DNA of 64,000 nt from contig OZ242214.1 of assembly GCA_965206595.1 (NCBI GenBank), forward strand, positions 5,760,001-5,824,000. Direction: 5' to 3'. Below the pieces are notes generated by a model, which had not been told where the DNA came from, made no database searches, and worked only from the letters and a program-made list of their open reading frames with translations. This DNA is from Candidatus Latescibacterota bacterium (GTDB lineage Bacteria; Latescibacterota; UBA2968; UBA8231). The translations under genes were made by a program, and so were the position numbers. Shown piece after piece: positions 42,418 to 54,615 of this stretch. Position 1 is the stretch's first letter; each line of letters opens with the position of its first letter.

Positions 42418-44436
42418 ATGTCCGAAACAGAAAGGGAACGACAGGAGAACGAGGCGCGTAGAGCCCGGATCTCCAGGCTCAGCGAATCCAGTCTGCGCAC
42501 CGCCCTGAGCCTCGACCTCGTTACTGTCCTGAAGGAGGTCGTGGACAACGCACGGCTGCTGACGAACGCCCGCTACGGCGCCCTCGCCGTCTTCGACGCC
42601 GCGGGGCATTTACAGCGGTTCATCACTTCCGGCATCACTCCCGAAGAGCGCCGGAGGATAGCAGGAGAGGGGCCCCTGGGGCTGGGGCTGTTCGGTTACG
42701 TGAACAAGAGAAGGGAACCGCTGCGACTCGCAAATCTTCACGAGCATCCCGAGTCGGTCGACTTTCCCGAAAACCATCCGCCGATGAAGACCTTTCTCGG
42801 AATTCCGATCCTGCATCTGGGCGAGAACTTCGGCAACCTCTATCTCACCGAGAAGGACGCCGGGCAGGAGTTTACGCCGGAGGACGAAGAGATCCTGGTG
42901 ATGTTCGCGTCCCACGCGGCAGTCGTCATCGCCAACGCGCGCAGGTACAGCCACGAACATCAGGCCAGGGCCGACCTGGAGGCGCTGATCAGCTCCTCCC
43001 CCGTGGGCGTTCTGGTCGTCGACGCGGAGACGCGGACTGTACTTTCGGTCAATTTCGAGGCGGAACGGATCATTGGCGTGCTGCCGGAGCCGGGCGCTAC
43101 TCTGGAGCAGTACCGCGAGGCCATATCCTGCACCCCTCCTTCGGGAAGTCTGGTTGCGACCGAGGAGCTTCCCCTGGAACGGGCGCTCGGCAAAGGGGAG
43201 ACCGTGCGCGCCCAACAGTTCGTCTTCCACCATGCGGACGGGGAGGCGATCACCGCCCTGGTCAACGCCACGCCGATCCTCTCGAAGGACGGACGGATCC
43301 TGTCCGCTGCGGCCGTCATCCAGGACATCACCCCCCTGGAAGACCTGGAAAGGATGCGCTCCGAGTTTCTCTCCTCGGTCAGCCAGGAGCTGCGGACGCC
43401 GTTGACCGCCATCAAGGGCTCAACGGCCATGGCCCTGGGAGGCCCATCTCAACCCGATCCCGCAGAGACGCGCCAGCTTTTCCGGATCATCGACGGTCAG
43501 GCGGACCTTCTGCGCGGCCTGATCAACGACCTTCTCGACATGACACAGGTCGAGTCCGGAGCGCTGTCGTTCACGTCCGAGCCCGTGGACGTGGCGGATC
43601 TGGTCGACCACGCGAGGACCACGTTCCTGCGGGGTGGCGCGGCAAACAGCATCGAGGTCGATCTGCCACCGAACCTGCCCCGGGCAAGGGCGGGCAAACA
43701 GCGTATCCTGCAAGTGTTGGGCAAGCTCTTTTCCAATGCTTCCAGGTACTCGCCGAAGGGGTCCACCATCAGGGTGACAGCGTCGGTAGCGGACTTCCAC
43801 GTGGCGATCTCCGTGGCAGACGAGAGCAGAGGGGTTTCTGGCGAGCATCTGCCCGCCCTGTTCGAGAAGTTCTCTCGGAGGGGGCGGGAAGCAGGAGGAA
43901 GCGGGCTGGGGCTTGCGGTCTGCAAGGGCATTGTGGAGGCGCACGGTGGCCGGATTTGGGCGGAGAGCGACGGACTGGAAGGAGGGACGCGAATCACCTT
44001 CACCATTCCCGTGGCAGACAGGTCAGAGGTCCGTGGGGCCGCCAACCAGTCTGGAGGTGTGAGGGGGAGGGAGCGAGCGCACAGTCGGGCATTCGAAGGC
44101 GACCTCCTACTGCCGTGGGACGATAGGCCCCCACCGTATCGGTTGGGAGATCTGACGATCGACTACGACGAACGCACCGTGTCCGTGGCGGGCCGTCCCG
44201 TGCAGCTGACCCCGACCGAGTACAAGCTGCTCTGCGAGCTTTCGATCAATGCCGGACGGGTGGTGGAACATCGTCAACTGCTGGACCGGGTCTGGGGTTC
44301 GGATTACTCCGGCGATACGCGAATCGTTCGGGTTTATGTGAAGGAAATTCGAAAAAAGCTGGGCGACGATGCCCGCAACCCGACGTACATCTTCACCCTG
44401 TCTCGCGTCGGCTACCGCATGGCAAAACCAACGTAG
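42418..44436 (+). CDS. GAF-PAS-HisKA-HATPase fused to an OmpR-type winged helix; degenerate H-box, no receiver
   Basis: GAF (HPPMKTFLGIPI), PAS, VSQELRTPLTAIKG, GSGLGLAVCKGIVEAHGG, LTPTEYKLL...VGYRM. Confidence 0.85.
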   Translation: MSETERERQENEARRARISRLSESSLRTALSLDLVTVLKEVVDNARLLTNARYGALAVFDAAGHLQRFITSGITPEERRRIAGEGPLGLGLFGYVNKRREPLRLANLHEHPESVDFPENHPPMKTFLGIPILHLGENFGNLYLTEKDAGQEFTPEDEEILVMFASHAAVVIANARRYSHEHQARADLEALISSSPVGVLVVDAETRTVLSVNFEAERIIGVLPEPGATLEQYREAISCTPPSGSLVATEELPLERALGKGETVRAQQFVFHHADGEAITALVNATPILSKDGRILSAAAVIQDITPLEDLERMRSEFLSSVSQELRTPLTAIKGSTAMALGGPSQPDPAETRQLFRIIDGQADLLRGLINDLLDMTQVESGALSFTSEPVDVADLVDHARTTFLRGGAANSIEVDLPPNLPRARAGKQRILQVLGKLFSNASRYSPKGSTIRVTASVADFHVAISVADESRGVSGEHLPALFEKFSRRGREAGGSGLGLAVCKGIVEAHGGRIWAESDGLEGGTRITFTIPVADRSEVRGAANQSGGVRGRERAHSRAFEGDLLLPWDDRPPPYRLGDLTIDYDERTVSVAGRPVQLTPTEYKLLCELSINAGRVVEHRQLLDRVWGSDYSGDTRIVRVYVKEIRKKLGDDARNPTYIFTLSRVGYRMAKPT

Positions 44437-44626
44437 CACACGCGTTCCGGTCCGGAATTTTGCAGAGGCACCGGAGAGAGTGGGGTCGGCTCGAGCTCGA
44501 GAGCCAATCGGATCGTCTGGAAGCCGGATCGGTTCGCGCCCGTTGTCTTGAGAACAGGGGCAGTCAGGCAGGGTTGTCGAATCCGGGAATACCGGCTGCC
44601 TGCGGCGGCAGTGCGCGGCGCAATCC

Positions 44627-44670
44627 AAAAAAAACAGCGGACCGGATTGGGGATCCGGTCCGCTGTTTTT
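44627..44670. terminator. Bidirectional intrinsic terminator between convergent genes
   Basis: AAAAACAGCGGACCGGAT-tgggg-ATCCGGTCCGCTGTTTTT. Confidence 0.85.
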
Positions 44671-44709
44671 CAACAACCCAAAATATAAGAAGAAATATAG
44701 AAAGCAGCC

Positions 44710-47358
<2,649 letters not shown>

Positions 47359-47529
47359 CAGAAAATCCTCCCGTTTTGGTGGGGTGCGATGGGTTCGTTG
47401 TTGTCCAAAAGAAGCAACTTCAGGCAAGGCCCGCTTCACCCGGGGTCCCAGGTTTCGCGGGGCCTGCCTGTCGCTGCGATTGCCTTTTGCCGCTGCTCGT
47501 ATCGGTTCGGTTTCATTCCGGGCCCGGTG

Positions 47530-48100
47530 CTAAATCTCCAAAAGAAAACGCGTGTACCACAAGGCACCGTTGAAGTCCCATGGCGTGCTCTCCGGGCGCA
47601 GGTTCCGCTGGCCCTGGGTTGTCCGACAAGATCCTCGGGATCGTCAGGGTCTCCGGGGACGACATCGGGCACCGTACCGAGGATATTCTGCGCTCCCGTG
47701 TTCAGCCGGTAGCGCTCGCCGAAGGCATAGCCGACTTCGGCGTCGACGGATAACGGCCCGTCGAAGGAGTCGAGGTCGCCGCAGCTGTTGTCCTGGAAGC
47801 GGCAGGCCTTCCAGGCGCTGAAGTAGCTGGCCGCAGCACGGCGTTCCAAGAGCCCAGCTGGTGGCTGCCGGTGAGCACCATGCGGTGCTCGGGGTTCATC
47901 TCCTCCAGCTCCACCTCGCGGCGGGGAGTCATCAGGCTGAAGTCGATCGGCTCGTCCAGAGGTTTCCCGAGGAATTCGCTGATCGTCCGTTTCTCGGAAA
48001 AGTTCTCCAGGCTGGTCCGGGTCCAGTTCCAGGCGAGATCGACGTGCGACAGGGACACGGCTGTCCCAGACCTTCGTCCACGACAGCATCCGTTCTCAGC
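47530..48100 (-). pseudogene. Remnant of the C-terminal barrel of a paralogous TonB-dependent receptor
   Basis: VELEEMNPEHR, ASYFSAW, VDAEVGY, GAQNILGTVPD resemble the C-terminus of 44710-47358; frameshifted, no N-terminus. Confidence 0.65.
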
Positions 48101-48422
48101 ATGGTCAATCTATCTGGTTTGTCGATGTGGAATAGAGTCAAAAGGCAGGTCGGCTTGCCAGATTGGATGGCTCCGAACCTTTTACAGCGAGGGTCAGGGG
48201 GCTTCTGCCAATATAGAAAGGTTTGCATGAGACGTCGATTTATTTCTCGTTCCGGCTTGGCGCATTGCGCCCCTGCCGCGGCCAGCTCGCAGGAGGAGCG
48301 CGGCTTTTTCCGCCTTTCGATGAAGATGAATCGACAAAACCCGGCGGGCGCCCGATGCCGGGAGGCGTGGTGCCTGCGGCATCGGGCGCTTTTTCGGACT
48401 TGCCGGAATCGCCGGGGATTGC

Positions 48423-50723
48423 TCAGCGCAGCAGCATCATGCGCCGGTGCACGGCCCAGTCGCCGGTCTGCAGGCTGTACACGTACACCCCGCTGGCCAC
48501 CGCGCGGCCGTACTGGTCGCGGCCGTCCCAGGTGATACGGTGTTCACCGGCCCCAGGAGCGTCGGCGTGCAGCAGGCGCACGAGCTGGCCGGAGAGGTTG
48601 TAGATGTGCAGGCGGATCTCCTCGCCCGCCAGGGAGGCCGGCACCTGGAAGGGGATCACGGTGGAGGCGTTGAACGGGTTGGGCGCGTTCTGCTGCAGGA
48701 CCGGCCGGCCGGGTTGCTCCGGGCGGACTTCCCAGGCGCGCTCTTCCAGCACCACCAGCATGGCCTCGCCCAACAAGGCGAAGTCCTCGAGCTCGGCTGG
48801 CTGGCTGGACAGGCCTTCGTACAGCTCCCTCGGCATGCCAGGCATGTAGGCGACGTCGACCCACACCTCGTCCTCCAGGACGAAGTCGTGGCCGAGCCAG
48901 TAGGCCTTCGGACGGGTGTCGTTGACCGCCGTAGAAAGCATTTCATCACCGTCTCTCTCTCCGTCGTCGTCCCGCGGTCGGGGATTGACCTCCACCCCAT
49001 CGTCGGGGGCGAACAGCGAGGTGCGCCGCGTCACCAGCCGGTAGTCGAGGCCGAGCGCCAGGATGTCGTCGAGCAGCTCCTGCTGCGACCCGAAGCGGGC
49101 GATCTGCTCCTCGAGAGCCTGCACCTTCTGGTGGGCCCAGAGCCGCGGAATCAGATCCCCCGAGTCATCGGTCCGCGTGAACTCCAGCGGGAAATCCAGG
49201 GACAGGGTCTCCTCTCCCACTTGGCCTATCACGCTCAAGGTGAAATCCCCGCCCTCCCGGTAGCGGCCGACCTGGAACAGCTCACGGCCGGCTGCCAGGG
49301 CCTCCACCCCGCGCGGGTGCACGTCGTGAATCTCTACGTCGCCGAAGGACAGCTCCTCGAGCAGCAGCACGGGAAAAGTGAAGGACTCGAAAAGGTCGCG
49401 GAGCGCCGTCTCGATATCCCCTTCGTCCGAAAGGAAGTACGCCTCGCCCTGGTGGTCTTCGGCGAGGCCGGCCAGAAACCCCTGGTCGACGTCCTTTCCG
49501 ACGCCGATGGTGAACAGGCGGGCCCGGCCGTCCGACCACTGGCCCACCAAGTCGCTCAGGGGCTCGAGTTCAACCTCGCCGAGGTTGGGCAGGCCGTCGG
49601 TCAGGAAGATGACGTGGTTGATCCGCCCCGAGGGGAAGGCCTGCTGCATGGCGCGGCCCAGTCCCGCCTCGAAATTGCTCACACCCAGGGCGTCCTGGCG
49701 GTTGATGAAGGCGGTTGCCGACTCCTTGTTGGACCGGTTGGCCGGCACCGGGGCCGCCGCAAAGGAGTCGGCCCGGTGGCTGAAGACTACGATGTTGAAC
49801 AGGTCCTCTTCTTTCAACCCCGCGATCGCCGCGGCAAGGGCACCTTTCACCGCCTCGAGCTTGCCCCGCTGCATGCTCGAGGAGATGTCGATGACGAAGG
49901 TCAGGCTGCGCGGCAGGGGATCGCCTGCCGTCAACTCAGGCAGGGGCGGCAGCCACAGGGCGTAGTACCCCATGGCTTCGTCCCCTTCCGGAGCGAAGCT
50001 GAGCACCGTCGGCTTGAGCAGGTCCCCGGTCTGACGGATGGTCAGGGTGAAGTCTTCCCGGGGGGAAATCTGCTCGTCGCCGAAGAAGACGTTGGCGCTG
50101 TAGTCGTCCGGACGGTCGACCTCGGTGAGCCGGGGAAGCCCCGAGGTCGTCACCTCGATGGGGTGCTGACTGTTCACCCGTGCCCGCAGCACGAACAGCT
50201 CCATCTGCAGGGCCTGGTCGGTCTCGGGCGCGAGCGGGAAGGTGTAGTCGAGACGGCCGTTGCGGGCTTCGAGAAGCTGCATGTACTCGAACTCGACGCG
50301 GCGGCTGCCGCTGGCAGGAAAGGGGAAGATGCTCAGGCGGAACTGGTTCGGGGTCACCTGCTCGATCAGGGCCGGGTCGACGCGGCGGCGCACGATGGCG
50401 TCGTAGATCTGCCGCGCCTCCTCCTTCTCCAGGATGAGACCCTGGATGCGCTTGTCCCCGATCCACAGCACCAGGTCGGTGACGATGGCCCCGTCGGGCA
50501 GGGTGAACTCGTAGATCCCCTCGACCTCCCAGTCGGCGTGGTTGGTGAAGATCTGGTCGGTGCGCGTGCGGGCGATGCGCTCGTCGATCTGCACGTCGAC
50601 GGTGGCCGAAGTCAGCTCGAGGTGCTGGCGGCCGTCGTCCCCGACGCCGGTGTACACGTAGCCGATGCCGAGGGCGGGAAGAGGGGCAAGCAGGGCAAAG
50701 AGGAGCATTAGTCGGGTTTTCAT
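48423..50723 (-). CDS. Secreted VIT + vWA domain protein with C-terminal FlgD-Ig/T9SS-like domain
   Basis: EGIYEFTLP, ARQIYDAIVRRRVDPALIE, FVIDISSSM (MIDAS), IFLTDG, IPRLWA, QNAPNPFNAST. Confidence 0.9.
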   Translation of the reverse strand: MKTRLMLLFALLAPLPALGIGYVYTGVGDDGRQHLELTSATVDVQIDERIARTRTDQIFTNHADWEVEGIYEFTLPDGAIVTDLVLWIGDKRIQGLILEKEEARQIYDAIVRRRVDPALIEQVTPNQFRLSIFPFPASGSRRVEFEYMQLLEARNGRLDYTFPLAPETDQALQMELFVLRARVNSQHPIEVTTSGLPRLTEVDRPDDYSANVFFGDEQISPREDFTLTIRQTGDLLKPTVLSFAPEGDEAMGYYALWLPPLPELTAGDPLPRSLTFVIDISSSMQRGKLEAVKGALAAAIAGLKEEDLFNIVVFSHRADSFAAAPVPANRSNKESATAFINRQDALGVSNFEAGLGRAMQQAFPSGRINHVIFLTDGLPNLGEVELEPLSDLVGQWSDGRARLFTIGVGKDVDQGFLAGLAEDHQGEAYFLSDEGDIETALRDLFESFTFPVLLLEELSFGDVEIHDVHPRGVEALAAGRELFQVGRYREGGDFTLSVIGQVGEETLSLDFPLEFTRTDDSGDLIPRLWAHQKVQALEEQIARFGSQQELLDDILALGLDYRLVTRRTSLFAPDDGVEVNPRPRDDDGERDGDEMLSTAVNDTRPKAYWLGHDFVLEDEVWVDVAYMPGMPRELYEGLSSQPAELEDFALLGEAMLVVLEERAWEVRPEQPGRPVLQQNAPNPFNASTVIPFQVPASLAGEEIRLHIYNLSGQLVRLLHADAPGAGEHRITWDGRDQYGRAVASGVYVYSLQTGDWAVHRRMMLLR

Positions 50724-50946
50724 GGCGGGGGATCCTTTCGCAGGACGGGACGAGACGAGACGATATGGTTTAGTAGTAGGTGACCTTGACGCCTCCGGCC
50801 TTGAGGGCGGGGATCTGTGGTGATGGCCTGATGACTGAGGGGGTTCTTTTTTCAATTCAACCTCTCGACCTCGCGACTGCCCGGCGGAAACTTGATATCG
50901 GCTCATCAAGAAATCCGCTGCCTGGACGGAGGCACCGGTCGATCTG

Positions 50947-51717
50947 CTATTCCCCGATCACCCGTGGGTTATGCTGGTTTCCGCACAGCAGTTGCGTCTC
51001 CAGTTCCGAGGGGTTTTCGATTCTGGCGAGCTGGCTCCGCATGTCTTCCTGCGGAATGAACCAGGGCATAAGGTACATCCCGAGCAGACAGGACCTGGGG
51101 CTGTCGGTGCGGTTGGGCCGCGACGTGTGCCACCAGGCCCCGTGTGCGACCACCGCCGTGCCCCGGGTTCCTATCAGCATCTCCCCGTCCTCGCGCCAGC
51201 GGTCGGTCGGCGGCTCGGGCGGATGCCCCTTTCGATGCGAGCCGGGCACGACGCCGGTGGCGCCGTTCTCCTCGGTGAAGTCGTCGAGGAGCCACACCGT
51301 CTGCGCGGCGAAGTTGCCCGCGGGCCACGGCGGTTGCAGCGACCAGTACGGATAGTCGGCGTGCCACCCGATTCCCTCGTGGCCGGGGTAGATGGTGTTC
51401 GCCGTCCAGGAGGAGCAGATGATGTCGTCGCCGAGGTACCGCTTCCAGATCGACACGATCAGCGGGTGGCACATCAGGTCGAGGAAAACCGGGTGCTTGT
51501 GGGCGATGCCGCCGACGCGCTGGTGCCTGTTGGGGCGCCCCCCGTCGTCGATCTCCGCTTCGAGAAACCCCTCGAGAACGGTGCGCGCCGCGTCCGCTTC
51601 CTCGGGCGAGATGACGTCCGGAAGGATGTAGTAGCCGCGGTCGTCCACCGCGGCGATGACGGCATCGATGTCGACGGCGCTGACATCGTCGGTAGATACC
51701 GTGATTTCTAGTGTCAT
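50947..51717 (-). CDS. Phytanoyl-CoA dioxygenase (PhyH) family protein
   Basis: WHADY, LDDFTEENGATGVVPGSH, WH...N...R. Confidence 0.9.
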   Translation of the reverse strand: MTLEITVSTDDVSAVDIDAVIAAVDDRGYYILPDVISPEEADAARTVLEGFLEAEIDDGGRPNRHQRVGGIAHKHPVFLDLMCHPLIVSIWKRYLGDDIICSSWTANTIYPGHEGIGWHADYPYWSLQPPWPAGNFAAQTVWLLDDFTEENGATGVVPGSHRKGHPPEPPTDRWREDGEMLIGTRGTAVVAHGAWWHTSRPNRTDSPRSCLLGMYLMPWFIPQEDMRSQLARIENPSELETQLLCGNQHNPRVIGE

Positions 51718-51981
51718 AGGGTCTGCTCCTCTTCAGTATTGCAGGTTTTGCCAATATAGATAAAAGGGGGCGCCCACTGCCGGCCTACTTTCCCTGCATG
51801 GTCTTGATGAGGGCGTGCGCGAGGCCGGGGCTCCAACGTCGTACCCCGAGGCATTCAGCGCAGGGAATCGCCCCTCGATAACCGACATCGCTTCTCGCCC
51901 CTGTACCACCATGCAAACCAGTCTCGCGTGCAGCCGAGGGTGATTTTATTCTACCTGTATAACAATAGAGGGAGCAGATCG

Positions 51982-52746
51982 ATGGCCGGCATGACGACAG
52001 AAGAGAGGTTCCAGTTCGACCTGCAGGGGTACCTGGTGGTTCGGGGCGTGTTGACCCCCCGGGAAGTGGCCGAGCTCAACGAGCTGGCCGACGAGGCCTT
52101 GCCCGGGGAACACGACGAGACCGGCCTGCGCCGCACCTCCAATGTCTCGCAGTGGGGCCCGCGGTTTCGCGACCTGATCGACCATCCCGGCATCGTTCCC
52201 TACCTGGTCGAGCTGATGGGGCCGAAGTTCCGCATCGACCACGACTACAGCATGTTCATGCGCTGCGGCACCTCCCGCAGCCGCCTGCACGGGGGGCCGT
52301 CGCCTCAGTGTTACGAGGGGGATCACTGGTACCGGTTCTATCCCGACGGCATGATCCGCAACGGCCTGACGGTCTTCACCTGGAACCTGACCGACTGCAA
52401 TCCGGGGGACGGCGGCTTCGCCTGCGTGCCGGGCAGCCACAAGACCAACCTGCGCGGGGCCATGCCGGAGGAGGTGCTCAGCTTCGGGCGGCCGGCCCAT
52501 TACGTAAGGCAGCCTGCGGTCAAGGCGGGGGACGTGATCATCTTCACCGAGGCGCTGGTGCACGGCACCCTCCCCTGGGACGCCGACCACGAGCGCCGGG
52601 CCCTGCTCTACAAGTACAGCCCCGGGCATTCCTCCTGGAGCGGCACCTACTACGACCCCGCGGACTATCCTGGCGCCAGCGAACAGCAGATCCGCATCAT
52701 GGCGTCCCCTTCGGTCGGCGGGCGGCCCGACTCGGTGCAGGGATAG
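51982..52746 (+). CDS. PhyH-family dioxygenase
   Basis: FDLQGYLVV, LHGG, GGFACVPGSHK, FTEALVHGTLPW, RRALLYKYSP. Confidence 0.9.
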   Translation: MAGMTTEERFQFDLQGYLVVRGVLTPREVAELNELADEALPGEHDETGLRRTSNVSQWGPRFRDLIDHPGIVPYLVELMGPKFRIDHDYSMFMRCGTSRSRLHGGPSPQCYEGDHWYRFYPDGMIRNGLTVFTWNLTDCNPGDGGFACVPGSHKTNLRGAMPEEVLSFGRPAHYVRQPAVKAGDVIIFTEALVHGTLPWDADHERRALLYKYSPGHSSWSGTYYDPADYPGASEQQIRIMASPSVGGRPDSVQG

Positions 52747-52760
52747 CGGTCCCTCGGGCC

Positions 52761-53915
52761 TCACCGCTCGATGGTGTAGCGGGCAACCGCGTCCTCATCC
52801 AGCTCGATACCCAACCCGGGCCCGTCCGGAACCGCGGCGAAGCCGCCTTCAACAACCACCGGCGAGCCGGCCAGCTCCGTCATCATCGGGCTCGGCCTGT
52901 CGATGCTGGCATCCCCCCATTCCCGGCGGGTGATCGGGTACTCGCACAGGAATCCCTGCGGCATCGCCGCGACGAGGTGAATGCTGGCGGCGAAATTGAT
53001 CGCCGTGCCCCAGTTGTGCGGCACCACCGGGATGTTCGCCAGTCTCGCCATCTCGGCGATCCGCCGTCCTTCGGTCAGCCCTCCCACCCACGACAGGTCG
53101 GGCTGCAGCAGGTCGACGGCGCGACGCTCGATCAGGTCCCTGAAAGCGAACGCCGTCAGGTCCGACTCCCCCGCGGCTATGCGGACACTGGTGCGGGCGG
53201 CGAGCTCGGCCATGTTCCCGGCGTCGTCGGCGCTCGACAAGGGCTCCTCCCACCAGTAGATGCCGGCACCGGAGTCCTCGATCATGCGCGCGGTCTGCAC
53301 GGCCTCGGCGAGGCTCTCGGGACGGCCGAGGTCGAGCATGAGGTCGATCTCCTCGCCGGCCTGGGCGCGCAGCTCCTGAAGGATGGCGAGGTCCCGCGCC
53401 GGCTTGCGGCCGAAGTCCGCCCAGCCGTAGAACTTGAGCGCCCGGTACCCCTGGCGGACGTACTCCAAGGTATCGGCGAAGGCCTGGTCCGGGGCGTCGC
53501 CGTCGACCCAGATGCTGCTGACGTACACCTTGACCCGCTCCCGGAACCGGCCCCCCAGCAGATCGTACAGGGGGATGTTGAGCGTGCGCGCCGCGGCGTC
53601 GTGTACGGCCATGTCGATTCCGCTCACCGCGTGGACCATCAACCCGCGGCGGTCGTAGAGCCGCCGGCAGGCGTCGTACATCCGCTCCCAGACGACGCTG
53701 GTCGCCAGCACTTCCTGGCCGACGACCTCCTGCGCCAGCCGGCGGTCGATCAGCTCACTGGCGGCGAACACCCCGCCGCCGAAGCGGTCGGGGACGAAGC
53801 ACTCCCCGAAGCCTTCCACCCCTTCATCGGTGCGCACGCGCACCAGCACCCAGCCTCCGTGGGGATACTCGTGCGACTTCAGAACTCGAGCGGTGACTTC
53901 CGCAATCCCGGGCAT
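52761..53915 (-). CDS. Mandelate racemase/muconate lactonizing enzyme family
   Basis: SGIDMAVHD, PLYDLLGG, LMLD, WEEP, AAGE, LQPD, PHNW, GPGLGIE; start reassigned to MPGIAE. Confidence 0.92.
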   Translation of the reverse strand: MPGIAEVTARVLKSHEYPHGGWVLVRVRTDEGVEGFGECFVPDRFGGGVFAASELIDRRLAQEVVGQEVLATSVVWERMYDACRRLYDRRGLMVHAVSGIDMAVHDAAARTLNIPLYDLLGGRFRERVKVYVSSIWVDGDAPDQAFADTLEYVRQGYRALKFYGWADFGRKPARDLAILQELRAQAGEEIDLMLDLGRPESLAEAVQTARMIEDSGAGIYWWEEPLSSADDAGNMAELAARTSVRIAAGESDLTAFAFRDLIERRAVDLLQPDLSWVGGLTEGRRIAEMARLANIPVVPHNWGTAINFAASIHLVAAMPQGFLCEYPITRREWGDASIDRPSPMMTELAGSPVVVEGGFAAVPDGPGLGIELDEDAVARYTIER

Positions 53916-54179
53916 GTGATCCTCCGATTCCTTCGATTGACAGCGACCGGGCGTCCCGACACTTTCACGCTTCACCGCCCGTCGATGCTCCGGCGAGGTC
54001 GGGATCGTGCGCCGAAGTGGCGCGACCGATCTGGGCCTGGGGACCCCAAATGGAGCGCAACTGGATCGCAACGTTCTCCGTGCGTTCCCGACAGGTACTC
54101 CATGGGTTCGGGGCCGCAAGGGCGGGACGCAGCCCGGATCTGTTTTCAACGGGCGTCTCAAAGCAATATGGAGGTTGCC

Positions 54180-54476
54180 GTGCCGGAAAGAACCGTCAGT
54201 GATGAAGTCGGGTCGAAGCTGCTGTTCGAAAACGATCGCGTCCGGGTCTGGGACCTGCGCATCGATCCTGGCGAGAGCACCGGTCTCCACCGGCACACAA
54301 AGGATTACCTGTACGTCGTGATCGGCGGCGGGAGCCTCAAAGGGCCGGGCGGCGAGCCGAGTGAGATGGCGGACGGCGAGGTGGTCTTCCGGGAAATCCC
54401 CGGCGAGGAAGTCCACGAGGCGATCAACGCCGGCGACCTGCCCTGGCGGAACATCATCGTCGAGATGAAGGACTGA
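54180..54476 (+). CDS. Small cupin-domain protein
   Basis: GGAGG RBS then GTG; LLFENDRVRVW, PGESTGLHRH, VHEAIN. Confidence 0.85.
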   Translation: MPERTVSDEVGSKLLFENDRVRVWDLRIDPGESTGLHRHTKDYLYVVIGGGSLKGPGGEPSEMADGEVVFREIPGEEVHEAINAGDLPWRNIIVEMKD

Positions 54477-54615
54477 CCCGCGCAGGGCGCCGCGGTTGCT
54501 TCGGCCTGCGCCCCTTCTTCACACACATCCTTTTCGTTTCTCCCCTGGCAATCCGGGCGGGCAAAGGCAGGTTCCGCCGGCTCTCCCGGTCCCTATTCCT
54601 CAAGTGAAGAGTGAT

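Noticed and set aside
50820-50837. Fluoride riboswitch or pho-box-like GTGATGGCCTGATGACTG
   Set aside because: Too short for the riboswitch fold and only a partial pho-box match.
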